Shown piece by piece: positions 19,094-27,792 of a DNA stretch of 49,078 bases; the stretch's first letter is position 1; the number at the start of each line of letters is the position of its first letter. Source of the stretch: a virus (lineage: Duplodnaviria; Caudoviricetes); IMG/VR virus record IMGVR_UViG_3300033569_000026, positions 1 to 49,078 of that record; one strand, written 5' to 3'. Made by a program: the position numbers and the translations under genes. The notes below the pieces were generated by a model. It was not told the DNA's origin and made no database searches. It saw nothing but the letters and a program-made list of their open reading frames with translations.

Positions 19094-19552
19094 TCAATCC
19101 TCCGGCAACGGCTCGATCTCGCGCCGCTGATTCGTATGGCGGGTTGAGCCAAATCCGCCGCTTCTCCCCGCTGTAGCCGCCCCTCCAGCCCATCCTCGCT
19201 CCTTCAGTTGCCTCTTCAGCTCCGACGGAAAAATGATTTGAGCCCGCTCAAGCACGACCTCAATCATCCGCTTCCCTTCACCGAACCGACGAAGAATCGG
19301 CTTGCCCCTGACCTCATGAAGCACGTCTTTGTTCCGCAAGAACGACGCGGCCTCGGCGTGGTAGTCGGAAGGCTTCACCACGATCCAAAGGTCGTCGATG
19401 TCGTTCTTCCCCTTGTTGCGGCTCGTCGAAACGATCTTGAACGAGACCATCAGACCGTTGCGCGTATTCTTCGATTCCGGGTCGCCAATCACTCGGCAGC
19501 CTGGATAACGGTACTCGTCGGGGCTATCGACTGACTTGTACTCGGTCTCCAT
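19094..19552 (-). CDS. Possible divergent OB-fold/SSB-like protein
   Basis: R..GDPE.K.T.NG..V.F.I...R, LWIVV, A..L.NKD..EVRG pattern. Confidence 0.45.
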   Translation of the reverse strand: METEYKSVDSPDEYRYPGCRVIGDPESKNTRNGLMVSFKIVSTSRNKGKNDIDDLWIVVKPSDYHAEAASFLRNKDVLHEVRGKPILRRFGEGKRMIEVVLERAQIIFPSELKRQLKERGWAGGAATAGRSGGFGSTRHTNQRREIEPLPED

Positions 19553-20378
19553 TAATCACCTTCATGATTCCCGGCATGCAGTACGGCAACGTGCGGTGCC
19601 AGAAGTTGGTCAGCCACTCGGAGACGCCCGGCACCGGCTCACGACACGGACAGCCGGCGCAGTTCGGCAGCTCTTCCGTTCCGTACGGACTCGGCTTAAC
19701 GATTTGCGGATTCGAGAGTGCCCACCGGAGATCCTGCAAGTGCTCTTGGACCTCGAAGCCCGTCACGAGCCCCGCCGTACGTCGCGGCAACGCAGCCAGC
19801 GGATACTTCCCCCACTGCGTAATCGAGACATCGCACTCCCACTCGTCGGGTTTGCCATCCATCAGCCAGGGGACAATCACGTAGCTCAGCAGCTGCTTGT
19901 TGTCCTCTACGCCAACCGGCCACGCTCCCGTCTTCAGGTCATCGACCCACCAGCGACCCCGCCGCTTGCCCAACCAATCGATCGTGCCGGTGACCCAGCG
20001 AGACGGCTCAAACCGCGCCTGCTTCTTCCACTCATCAGCACCCCCTCGTTCGCCGTCATAGGAGACCAACTCAAGTGTGAAAGGAGAGTAAGCAAACGTG
20101 ACCTCGTGCCGTCCCTGATCCTCCGGCCAATACTCAGCCCGTAGATCGTCGAGACCTGACAGCCCCAGCTTCTTGTTCAGCAGGCGAACAAACTCATCCT
20201 GCTTCTCAGTCAGCGGCGACGGAAAGCACCCGGCCCAGTGCCCGACCTCTTTCCAGTGATGACAGAGCGTTCCAAATTGATTGGCGTCGTCCGTCTTCTC
20301 TCGACGAGGGAGGATGTGCTGCGGCAGTACGAGGCTAGCGGGACACTCGATTACGCGGTCACTACTGCTCGCCCGCAG
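19524..20378 (-). CDS. PD-(D/E)xK Cas4/DUF2800-like exonuclease (probable CTG start)
   Basis: Frame open upstream of 20069: LRASSSDRVIECPAS...GTLCHHW...HEVTF, then GTIDW, VDDLKTG, QLLSY, CAGCPC. Confidence 0.75.
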   Translation of the reverse strand: MRASSSDRVIECPASLVLPQHILPRREKTDDANQFGTLCHHWKEVGHWAGCFPSPLTEKQDEFVRLLNKKLGLSGLDDLRAEYWPEDQGRHEVTFAYSPFTLELVSYDGERGGADEWKKQARFEPSRWVTGTIDWLGKRRGRWWVDDLKTGAWPVGVEDNKQLLSYVIVPWLMDGKPDEWECDVSITQWGKYPLAALPRRTAGLVTGFEVQEHLQDLRWALSNPQIVKPSPYGTEELPNCAGCPCREPVPGVSEWLTNFWHRTLPYCMPGIMKVINGDRVQVSR

Positions 20379-20446
20379 CTAAACGTCTCTCGACCTTATC
20401 GGCCGCGAACAGGAACGCTAGGCAGCAGGCGACGACGATGAATAGC

Positions 20447-20638
20447 TCAGGCAAGTGCGGCCTTGAGCGCAGCCTTGACCGCCGCCGACGCAGCCGTCTT
20501 CTTATAGCGCTTATCGAGCAGCGGACGCTGACCACGGACGCCCGTGACCTTCTTGCCGCGCGTCATCACGACGTACTCAGCGCGCTTACCAAACGTACCA
20601 ATTGCGAAACGGTTCTTCGAGATAGCGAAAATGTTCAT
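20447..20638 (-). CDS. Small basic hypothetical protein
   Basis: GAGG RBS, Lys/Ala-rich. Confidence 0.55.
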   Translation of the reverse strand: MNIFAISKNRFAIGTFGKRAEYVVMTRGKKVTGVRGQRPLLDKRYKKTAASAAVKAALKAALA

Positions 20639-20659
20639 TCTGTTTCCTCTGACTGTTGG

Positions 20660-21436
20660 TTACTGCTGCTCTTCAGCGAGAAAAGCCTCGCGACGAGCTA
20701 GATACGCTGCTTGTACTGGCTTGCTCTTCAGTGCGTTCGCTTCATCGCGCAACGCCTTGAGTGCGTCGAACGTAGGAATCTGACTGATCCGCTCAATCAT
20801 TTGGGCCTCGGCAGACTGACCTTGGGGTGCTGAGCCCTGAGCAGTCGTGTCACCCGTCCCCGGCGGCACGTAACTCGCCTCGGCTCCGTCGTCGTCCGTC
20901 TGCGTGATGCCAGCGACCGCGACCCACATGTACCGGCGTGCGTAGCTGAGCGCCGATCCGCTGGTCTGCGGATTGAGCACCAGCTTGCCGTCCTTGCTGA
21001 GCGTGAACGCTGGCAGCTGCATCATGAACGAGAGCGATTGGCCACTCGAATGCAGCAGGAACCCGTGCATCGAGATGTACGGATTACCGTCGCTCTTCAC
21101 CTCGATTGCACCGGGATACTGGAGCAGCCACAGCCCGTTGCTCAGGAACGATTCGCGGACCGACGTCAGCACGCTGCCAAGGTCTGCGTACTGATTGCGG
21201 AGGTGCGGGTTGGTCGCGTTCTTGTGAGCGTCACGGCTCGCTGCCACCGCCTTGACGTACGCACCAGCCAGTTGATCGAGGCCCGTCGTTCGATTAGCGA
21301 GCTGCTGGCTAATCTGGTTGAAGACCGCTGTGCCGACCTTCTGAACCTCCGCGCGGACGAACGCCTGCACGTCGAAGCCTTGCGTCGGCTCCTTATCTTT
21401 CTCTGGTGTCTTGTCGCTCTTCTTCTCTGCTGCCAT
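20660..21436 (-). CDS. erf: ERF-family ssDNA annealing protein
   Basis: KNA.NPH....YADL, LLHSSGQ, PQ..GSALSYARRY, DDDG. Confidence 0.92.
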   Translation of the reverse strand: MAAEKKSDKTPEKDKEPTQGFDVQAFVRAEVQKVGTAVFNQISQQLANRTTGLDQLAGAYVKAVAASRDAHKNATNPHLRNQYADLGSVLTSVRESFLSNGLWLLQYPGAIEVKSDGNPYISMHGFLLHSSGQSLSFMMQLPAFTLSKDGKLVLNPQTSGSALSYARRYMWVAVAGITQTDDDGAEASYVPPGTGDTTAQGSAPQGQSAEAQMIERISQIPTFDALKALRDEANALKSKPVQAAYLARREAFLAEEQQ

Positions 21437-21457
21437 CTTTCTCCTTATTCAGAACCC

Positions 21458-21486
21458 TTGACGAATCCATGCGGCGTGCATATGTT
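21458..21486 (+). promoter_or_regulatory. sigma70-like promoter of the Zn-finger gene
   Basis: TTGACG-17-TATGTT; ATG 21494 at predicted +1. Confidence 0.6.
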
Positions 21487-21493
21487 TACCGCT

Positions 21494-21811
21494 ATGGCTT
21501 TTAAGACAGGCAAGCGATTGGGCGGGCGCGGCTGCCCATCGTGCGGCTCTCACGATACGGAGAGCATGGGCCGTGCTGGCTCCGCTACGTGGTGCAACAG
21601 CTGCGGGCACAAATGGGTCCCCTGCAAACCCGGCTGCCGTGGTTACGAATTCGATCTCAACGTGAAGGCCGGCCCGACGGTCGTGGGCTGCGAGGGCTGC
21701 GGCGTTCCCGACAAGATTGCGCGTCAGTGGCCCGAGGCGCATCGAGCGCTCGCCAATCGCCTCGCGTCAGTGCAAGGCGACGATTACCGGACCGAGTCAG
21801 TCACGAAGTGA
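21494..21811 (+). CDS. Cys-rich Zn-binding protein; only + strand gene in the - arm
   Basis: CPSC, CNSC, CKPGC, CEGC; fills an intergenic gap; own promoter. Confidence 0.7.
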   Translation: MAFKTGKRLGGRGCPSCGSHDTESMGRAGSATWCNSCGHKWVPCKPGCRGYEFDLNVKAGPTVVGCEGCGVPDKIARQWPEAHRALANRLASVQGDDYRTESVTK

Positions 21812-21947
21812 GCCACTCGCCGAGTTGCACGGAAGACCCCGTAGGGCACCCGGTGTACAGCCGGGTCGATCCTCGATCGCAACGGTAGCTCTTGGGAGCC
21901 AGCACGGGTCAACACCGGCTCAACTAGTTTCTTTGGGACCCGTTCCG

Positions 21948-22028
21948 TGTCGGGGGCAGGATTCGAACCTGCACGCTTTGCTCGTCAGCATTGCGGCAGC
22001 CACACACGCTGCTGCGTCTAACCCCGAC
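21948..22028 (-). ncRNA. tRNA-like RNA (acceptor stem plus T arm; non-canonical D and anticodon regions)
   Basis: GTCGGGG/CCCCGAC 7-bp stem; GCAGG-TTCGAAT-CCTGC T arm; no encoded CCA. Confidence 0.65.
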
Positions 22029-22039
22029 GATTCACAAAT

Positions 22040-22069
22040 AGTATACGCTAAGCATATGGATGCCGTCAA
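22040..22069 (-). promoter_or_regulatory. sigma70-like promoter of the tRNA-like RNA
   Basis: TTGACG-18-TATACT; +1 a few nt before 22028. Confidence 0.65.
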
Positions 22070-22071
22070 GC

Positions 22072-22272
22072 TCAATCGTCAGCTGTGCAATAGCAACGAG
22101 ATTGCCTAATGGGATCGCCGCAATGGAGGCAGTAGCCGACGCCGAACGCCTCCCCGAGAAACGCCATCCGCTGCTCTGCGGTGAGCTTTGCGAGCAGCCC
22201 CCGCACATCGTCACGCACCCGGTTCCACTCCTTCAAGTCTGGAGTAGGTGTCGGTTTGTCGCGATACGGCAT
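22072..22272 (-). CDS. Hypothetical Cys-containing protein
   Basis: Coupled ORF, CLHCG..CYC. Confidence 0.5.
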   Translation of the reverse strand: MPYRDKPTPTPDLKEWNRVRDDVRGLLAKLTAEQRMAFLGEAFGVGYCLHCGDPIRQSRCYCTADD

Positions 22273-22533
22273 TAGCCAGCCAACTCAGACTCGGAAGGTT
22301 CACGCAGCGGAGTGATTGCCACTGCCTTCACGCTGCCCATCGAGGCAAGACTCCAGTAATGGTCAAAAGCGTTCTGGATCGAGCTGAGAAAGCTGCGACG
22401 CTTCTCCGTCGTGTCCAGCTCGTCCTGCCAATCATCAGGCACATCAATCCGCAACGTGAAGCTCTTCATCGCTTGCCCTTCCCTCTCGTGATGAATGCTA
22501 GAACAAACCACGCGACGAGCGCTAGGACCGTCA

Positions 22534-22824
22534 CTACGCTACCTGATTCTGATTGTTCGCCATATGGTCACAGTAAGCATGAGCGCCCACCACCGCAAGG
22601 GCCACCTTCAGCCGATCCCACCATCCCATCCTCGTGAGGTCCATCACCACGTCATCAGCTCGCCACGCGCCGCGCTGGATTGCTTCCTCCGCAGCGATTG
22701 GCCCAACCTCGTCATCCGGCACGCCAGCACGAGGACGGCAGTAGATCGGCAGACCAGTCAGCTTCGCCACGTCGCACGCAACGAAGCCGGTGAGGTAACG
22801 CGGGGAGTTGCCGGGCTTACTCAT
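22534..22824 (-). CDS. Hypothetical protein
   Basis: GGAGG RBS. Confidence 0.55.
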   Translation of the reverse strand: MSKPGNSPRYLTGFVACDVAKLTGLPIYCRPRAGVPDDEVGPIAAEEAIQRGAWRADDVVMDLTRMGWWDRLKVALAVVGAHAYCDHMANNQNQVA

Positions 22825-23113
22825 TGGCTGCCTCCATCAGGGCAATCAGTGCGATTACAACCTCAGTTAGCACCTTCGCCTCACCATCAGCACGGAAATA
22901 GACACCTTCAGCCCGCCGCCGGAGGTACTTCAGCCTCTCGCGGATCTCCTCATCATCCATACGTCACGATCCCGTCGTTGTAGACGCAGCGCTCAGCAGC
23001 GAGCATTGCATCAGCCTGATCATCGAACGGTCCCGCCTCGTCTACTTCCTTGCCGTCGACACGAAGCGAAACCATCCACTCACCGTCACGACCGATAAAG
23101 ATGTGCGCGTCCA

Positions 23114-23629
23114 TTAGCTTTGCTCCCCGTTCCAGCGAGGCGTGCCACTCGGAGCAACGCCGCGATCAATCCCGTAGAAAGACTCACCCGCTGCTGCCGC
23201 CTCAGCCTCCAAACGAATTGCCTGGCGATTCCGACGAGCGCTCAACCCCTTCACCTTCGCCGCCTTCTTCGGTACGCCCCGCTTCTTCGCAGCCGCCTTG
23301 ATCTGGCTGTGACGCAGCACCCATTTACTCTTCATATGATTCCTGCGACGACGCCGAGACAGCTTCGACTCGTCGGTCGCAGCACGCATCTGCTCGTAGC
23401 CGATCTGCTTCTCCTGGCGATCCAGCGACTCGTAATCGGTGGACGGCCCCATCGGCTTGTAGCCGTGGCATTCCAAGCAGATCAGGTGCTCAACGATGTA
23501 ATCGCCGAATAGTCCGAGCTTCTCCAGTGCAATCGAGCCTATTTTCGCGAGTATTTTCGCGAGTTTACAGCGGTTAGACAGTTGTCCCGGGTTGTCGCAC
23601 TCGAATTGTTGTTCACACGCCTTAATCAC
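23114..23629 (-). CDS. Hypothetical protein (Cys motifs, basic C-half); contains repeat copy 1
   Basis: GTGA-coupled to upstream ORF. Confidence 0.5.
   Translation of the reverse strand: MIKACEQQFECDNPGQLSNRCKLAKILAKIGSIALEKLGLFGDYIVEHLICLECHGYKPMGPSTDYESLDRQEKQIGYEQMRAATDESKLSRRRRRNHMKSKWVLRHSQIKAAAKKRGVPKKAAKVKGLSARRNRQAIRLEAEAAAAGESFYGIDRGVAPSGTPRWNGEQS
23527..23579 (+). repeat. 53-bp direct repeat, copy 1
   Basis: GTGCAATCGAGCCTATTTTCGCGAGTATTTTCGCGAGTTTACAGCGGTTAGAC, identical to 30980-31032. Confidence 0.95.
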
Positions 23630-23907
23630 TTCTCACCCCCAGTAAGACGCAGGTACATCAGCAGATCGGCGTAGTACGTATCCCGCAGCTCGTTGCCACT
23701 AACTGTGACCTTCGAGGGCTGCCGACGGATGACGGGCTTGCGCTCAACCACACCGTTCCCATTATCGCGGACGTACATGAACCGTGCGGTCCCGTCCTCC
23801 TGCCAGTCGTACTTCGCCATCTCCCAACCGTCCAGCCCGTGAGCTGGATAGAGGTTGTGGCGGGCTTCTTCCAACTGGCGCTTCTCCACAGACGTCGCGA
23901 TGACCAT
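23626..23907 (-). CDS. Hypothetical protein
   Basis: TAATG-coupled ORF. Confidence 0.55.
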   Translation of the reverse strand: MVIATSVEKRQLEEARHNLYPAHGLDGWEMAKYDWQEDGTARFMYVRDNGNGVVERKPVIRRQPSKVTVSGNELRDTYYADLLMYLRLTGGEK

Positions 23908-24354
23908 TACGCCACCGCCTTCTGTGCAGCGCTCAGCTGCGTAACGCGGGCCTTCGCCTCACGAGCACAGTCCACGAAGAACAGCTGTCCCACCGGACCA
24001 AACGACTTTGCACAGAGTGCCTTAGCCGCTTTGTAGTCGCTCACAGTCGTTGCCCCAGCAAACGCCTTGAGCACCTCGTACACCTTCTTGTCAGACATCT
24101 CAGACTCCGAGCACCTCGGGATATCCCCGGGTGATAATTGACAGCAGCCACACCGGCTGTGTAGAGAGGACACTAACAGTCCGCTCTGACGTTCAGTAGG
24201 ATCACGAAGGATCCCTAACGCTTCGCTCGATCCACCTTCGAGCGACCGGCCTAGTTGTACGCTTCCGGGACAGGCAGAGCCCGGAGCGGGCTTCTTTGTC
24301 GGTTGTTTGGTCTTCACAACCACCTACAGCGGTGGAGGAGCCCGAGCCGACGTA

Positions 24355-24556
24355 AAAAGGTGTTACCAACGTAACTAGTTGGCACTCATAGCGGAATCGA
24401 CAGTCTGGTAATCAGAGTTGTCAGTAACCAGCTAATTACACAAGCGGTCTACTGGACTGCTTGGCTTGTTGGCAACACCTTTGGAGAACACTTCCCCGAG
24501 AAAATACCACAGCTTACGTGTCAGTTGACCTCCTGGTTTTGCTGGTTGGTAACGTC
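24355..24556. other. Candidate attP region
   Basis: Next to int 3' end; CCAAC-N7-GTTGG inverted core (24366-24382); 14/15 inverted repeat AAAGGTGTT(A/G)CCAAC at ~24356 and ~24468; GTTGGTAAC inside int. Confidence 0.55.
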
Positions 24557-25558
24557 TCCTGGCGATTCATTACCAGCAATCAGCGTTTCGATACCTCGTG
24601 CACGGCCACTCTCGATTGCGCCGCCGCCCAGGTAGTGACCCTTGAGCGTAATCCCCTTGTCCGCGTGGCCCACCTGAGCAGCCACCGCTTCAATCGCCTG
24701 CCCTGCCCGTACCGCCATCGTCGCCGCTGAGCCACGGAGCCCGTGCGGCGTCACCCTGTCCACCCCAGCCCGCTTGCAGTAGTTGATCGTCTGGCGCCAC
24801 AGCGACCACCGCGTCATGTCACCAAACAGTTTGTCCGTCGGCTTCTTACCCTCGGCCAGCTTCAGCAGTTTGGTACGAAGGAACGCCGGGACCTCGATCT
24901 CCATGTCACCGGCAGCGGTCTTGTTGTTGCGCACCCAGAGCAACCACCCGTTGTCATCCAAATCCGCAACCGTCCGACCAACCACCGCGCTCGCACGCAG
25001 CGCCAGCGTTAGACACGTCAACACCGCAATCGCTTCCTTCGAGTCGTCGGGTAGGAGGACTTCCAGCAGCGTCCGGGTTCCGTTCACACGGAGCTTCGGC
25101 TTGCCTTTGTTCTTCTTGCCCTCTTTCTTGATGCCGTCAAATGGATTGGCCTTCAGCCGACCAAGCTCGATTTGCCGCTGAAAGAACCGGCGCGCGTAGC
25201 CCAGCTCGCTCTGTTGCGTAGCCGCCGCCACCTCCTCGACCCGTTTCCTGTACAGCGCCAGCGCAACGGTGGGCGTGACGGAGTTGAGGGGTCTATCGCC
25301 CTCGTCCAGCCTGAAGATGCCACGTAGACGATACTTCACGTCTTCCCGCTGCTCCTTCTCTTGAAGGTACTCCGTCACGGCGTGGTCTAGCGTCCTACAA
25401 CCCGCCGCTGCGTTGAACGCGTCTTTGTGCGCAATGGCTTCGGCTTTGCTCTCAAATGATTCAGTCTCGCTAACGCCGTTTGCTCCAGTGAAGACAACGC
25501 GCCATCGCGTACCGTGCTGATAAGGTCCATTGGCTCTCTCTTTTCCTTGTTTGGGCAT
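24521..25558 (-). CDS. int: Tyrosine integrase
   Basis: Catalytic R (LALRAS), K (NKT), HGLR, GH and Y (GHYL); NPF motif. Confidence 0.9.
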   Translation of the reverse strand: MPKQGKERANGPYQHGTRWRVVFTGANGVSETESFESKAEAIAHKDAFNAAAGCRTLDHAVTEYLQEKEQREDVKYRLRGIFRLDEGDRPLNSVTPTVALALYRKRVEEVAAATQQSELGYARRFFQRQIELGRLKANPFDGIKKEGKKNKGKPKLRVNGTRTLLEVLLPDDSKEAIAVLTCLTLALRASAVVGRTVADLDDNGWLLWVRNNKTAAGDMEIEVPAFLRTKLLKLAEGKKPTDKLFGDMTRWSLWRQTINYCKRAGVDRVTPHGLRGSAATMAVRAGQAIEAVAAQVGHADKGITLKGHYLGGGAIESGRARGIETLIAGNESPGDVTNQQNQEVN

Positions 25559-25689
25559 TCTGGCTTTCCTTGCCCAGATGCCGACTCCGCTCCATGAATG
25601 GTAACCATTTGGATGGCGTCCGCAAGGGCTTTTGGTAGGGCTTTAGCGAGAGCTTCCTCGACGATTCGGCGAACGGTTAGCGGGCTCAC
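25387..25689 (-). CDS. Hypothetical protein overlapping int start (possible directionality factor)
   Basis: Position only. Confidence 0.35.
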   Translation of the reverse strand: MSPLTVRRIVEEALAKALPKALADAIQMVTIHGAESASGQGKPECPNKEKREPMDLISTVRDGALSSLEQTALARLNHLRAKPKPLRTKTRSTQRRVVGR

Positions 25690-26295
25690 TGGTTAACGGT
25701 TTGGCGCTCTGCTGGCTGCCATACGGGGATTAGCGCCACTGCCCCGCGAAACCTGATATCCCTCTCCTCGCGTGTTCTGCCGGTTTGATCGAGTACCGCC
25801 GCGTACAGCAGCATTGCGACCAGCTCCCTGATAGTCATTCTGCATCTCCTCTCGCGGTGTCGGGTCCAGATACTCAGCCATCTCCAGGTTCTGTTGCGCC
25901 GAGTCGTCGAATCCCGCCCGCTTCATCTCCATCGCATCGCGCCGTAGCTGCTTTGCACGAGTCTTCTTGTTAGTGGATTGGTAGCTATTCCGAAGCTGCA
26001 TACAGCACCCCTCTGTTCAAATTAATTGGGCTAGCTCATCAGTGTCAGCAGCCCATCGCTGACAGACAGTGGTAGCGGCGTCCCTCGATCGGCCGCACGC
26101 ACACCCACCGTTTCGCTAATCGAAGATAGAAGGAATCCCCTCAGCGTATCGGCTAATCGTCATATGGCACCGTCACGTGATAACCACACCCCGTCGGGCA
26201 TTCGGTACGCCTGCCCGCCATCACCTTACCCGCCTTGAGTCCCCACTCATTGCGTCGGTCGTAGTTGTGATGAACGTCAAAACAACGGCAACACT

Positions 26296-26511
26296 TTACT
26301 TTTGGGCCTCTGTAGTCTGACCCTTGGGGTGCTGTGGCTTGGGACTGTCTATCACCACCGTCCCTCTCAGCACCTTGCACCCGTCGCACGGGCACATCGC
26401 TCCGTGGCCTAGACACTGCGCTAGGAGTCGGTCGTACTTCGCGCGGCTTAGCTTTGTTACGAGCTGGTTCACGAGGTTCCTTGGGTCTGGCGGTTGCGGG
26501 TTTGCAGACAC
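26296..26511 (-). CDS. Hypothetical protein
   Basis: Small ORF with H..MCPCDGC. Confidence 0.45.
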   Translation of the reverse strand: MSANPQPPDPRNLVNQLVTKLSRAKYDRLLAQCLGHGAMCPCDGCKVLRGTVVIDSPKPQHPKGQTTEAQK

Positions 26512-26704
26512 AGAGCAGCGCTACTCCATCGGCGCCACAATCATCACATTCTTGGTTTGAGAGAGCTTGTGACATGACAACCCCAATGGCTTTGATAGCC
26601 GTTCGTAGCTAGCCCGACTCGGGCCGAGGTAAAGCCGTTCCCTTTGCGCACAGCTGCCGTTTGGAGGGCTTTGCGTACGCCTGGCGATTGCTCGGGCCGG
26701 AGCA

Positions 26705-26932
26705 TCATTCCTCGTCGTCCTCTGCCCGCTCTTCGTTGTGCGATTGGAATCGTGCGTTAAGCCACATCTCCAGATCACCCTCTTTGTAATCACAGCGTCG
26801 CCGCAGCATGTGGAGGATATTGGTAACGAGGTCAGCCGCCATCGTTTCGAGATCCTCGTTTGGGCAGCTCTCGCGCCCGAATACTTCTACGGCCTTTTCA
26901 GCCACAGCGGCCCGATCTTCGTTGGTGTACAC
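26705..26932 (-). CDS. Hypothetical protein
   Basis: GGAG RBS; ADLVTNILH motif. Confidence 0.6.
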   Translation of the reverse strand: MYTNEDRAAVAEKAVEVFGRESCPNEDLETMAADLVTNILHMLRRRCDYKEGDLEMWLNARFQSHNEERAEDDEE

Positions 26933-26934
26933 GG

Positions 26935-27792
26935 CTACTCCTCGTCAACCGTAACGAGCTTCTCCAGGCCCATCGAAAACAGAACCTTTGAAAGCCGTTC
27001 CAGCGTCTCCGTCATTGCTTCTTTGGTCTTCTCGCCAGCTGCCTTACCAGCGAACCCACTAAGGAGCTTGCGGGCATTCTCGATCCGCTCCTTCGGCGTC
27101 TTGACGGTCTTACCTTGCTTCTCGGCGACCTTCTTTTTCGCCTTCTCGACGGTGGTCTTTTTGCCCGTCTCTTTCTCTTCGGCCTTCAAGTCAGCGAGCA
27201 CTGCGCTCTGATCGGCCTTCGGAAGTGACGCCAATTGGATTGCAGTCGTGCTGCTAATCTCGTCGGCGACCATCGCGGCGATCACATCGGGCGCTAGGTC
27301 AAGCATCGCCTGGTAATTGCGGATAGTCTGCTCGCTGCACTGATACGCTAACGCCACCTCCCCAATCGTTTTGCCGAGCGCCATCATGCGTTGCACGTTC
27401 TGTGCGGTGGTCATGGGACCGTCGGCTTTGTGGGTGTTCAGCGTGCGAGAGAGGGCAAACAGATCCGCGTCACTGCCCTTTTCAAACAGACAGGGAACCT
27501 TAATCGGGTCCTCGCCACGTTTGATCTGCTCTGCCTTCACGAGACGCGCACGGCGCACACGTTGCCGACCGTCGACAACCTCTAGGCGCCCATCATTGCG
27601 ACGCACCGTAACGGGCTCGCGAACGCCGTAGAAGGCGATAGACGCTACCTCCTGGTCACTGATCGAGAGCTTGATCCGAGGGTCATAGAGCGGGTGCTCG
27701 GTGCCGTCTTTCGTATCCAAGCCGATGATAACGAGATCGTCGGGATCGACGAGTTGACCACGAAATTCCTTATTGCGCTGCTTATCAGACAT
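26935..27792 (-). CDS. ParB/Sulfiredoxin-like protein with HTH
   Basis: SI..YGVREPVTVR, EVVDGRQRVR, IGEVA.AYQCSEQTIRNY..LDL. Confidence 0.85.
   Translation of the reverse strand: MSDKQRNKEFRGQLVDPDDLVIIGLDTKDGTEHPLYDPRIKLSISDQEVASIAFYGVREPVTVRRNDGRLEVVDGRQRVRRARLVKAEQIKRGEDPIKVPCLFEKGSDADLFALSRTLNTHKADGPMTTAQNVQRMMALGKTIGEVALAYQCSEQTIRNYQAMLDLAPDVIAAMVADEISSTTAIQLASLPKADQSAVLADLKAEEKETGKKTTVEKAKKKVAEKQGKTVKTPKERIENARKLLSGFAGKAAGEKTKEAMTETLERLSKVLFSMGLEKLVTVDEE

Noticed and set aside
20379-20420. TAG stop-codon recoding
   Set aside because: A second TAG follows upstream with no start between, and several core genes (ending 38051, 39824, 43108) terminate normally at TAG
21948-22028. tmRNA gene
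   Set aside because: No G3-U70 alanine determinant, no tag ORF, far too short
23907-24323. 138-aa ORF as called
   Set aside because: N-terminal half covers hairpin-rich sequence; GGAG RBS supports a start near 24099
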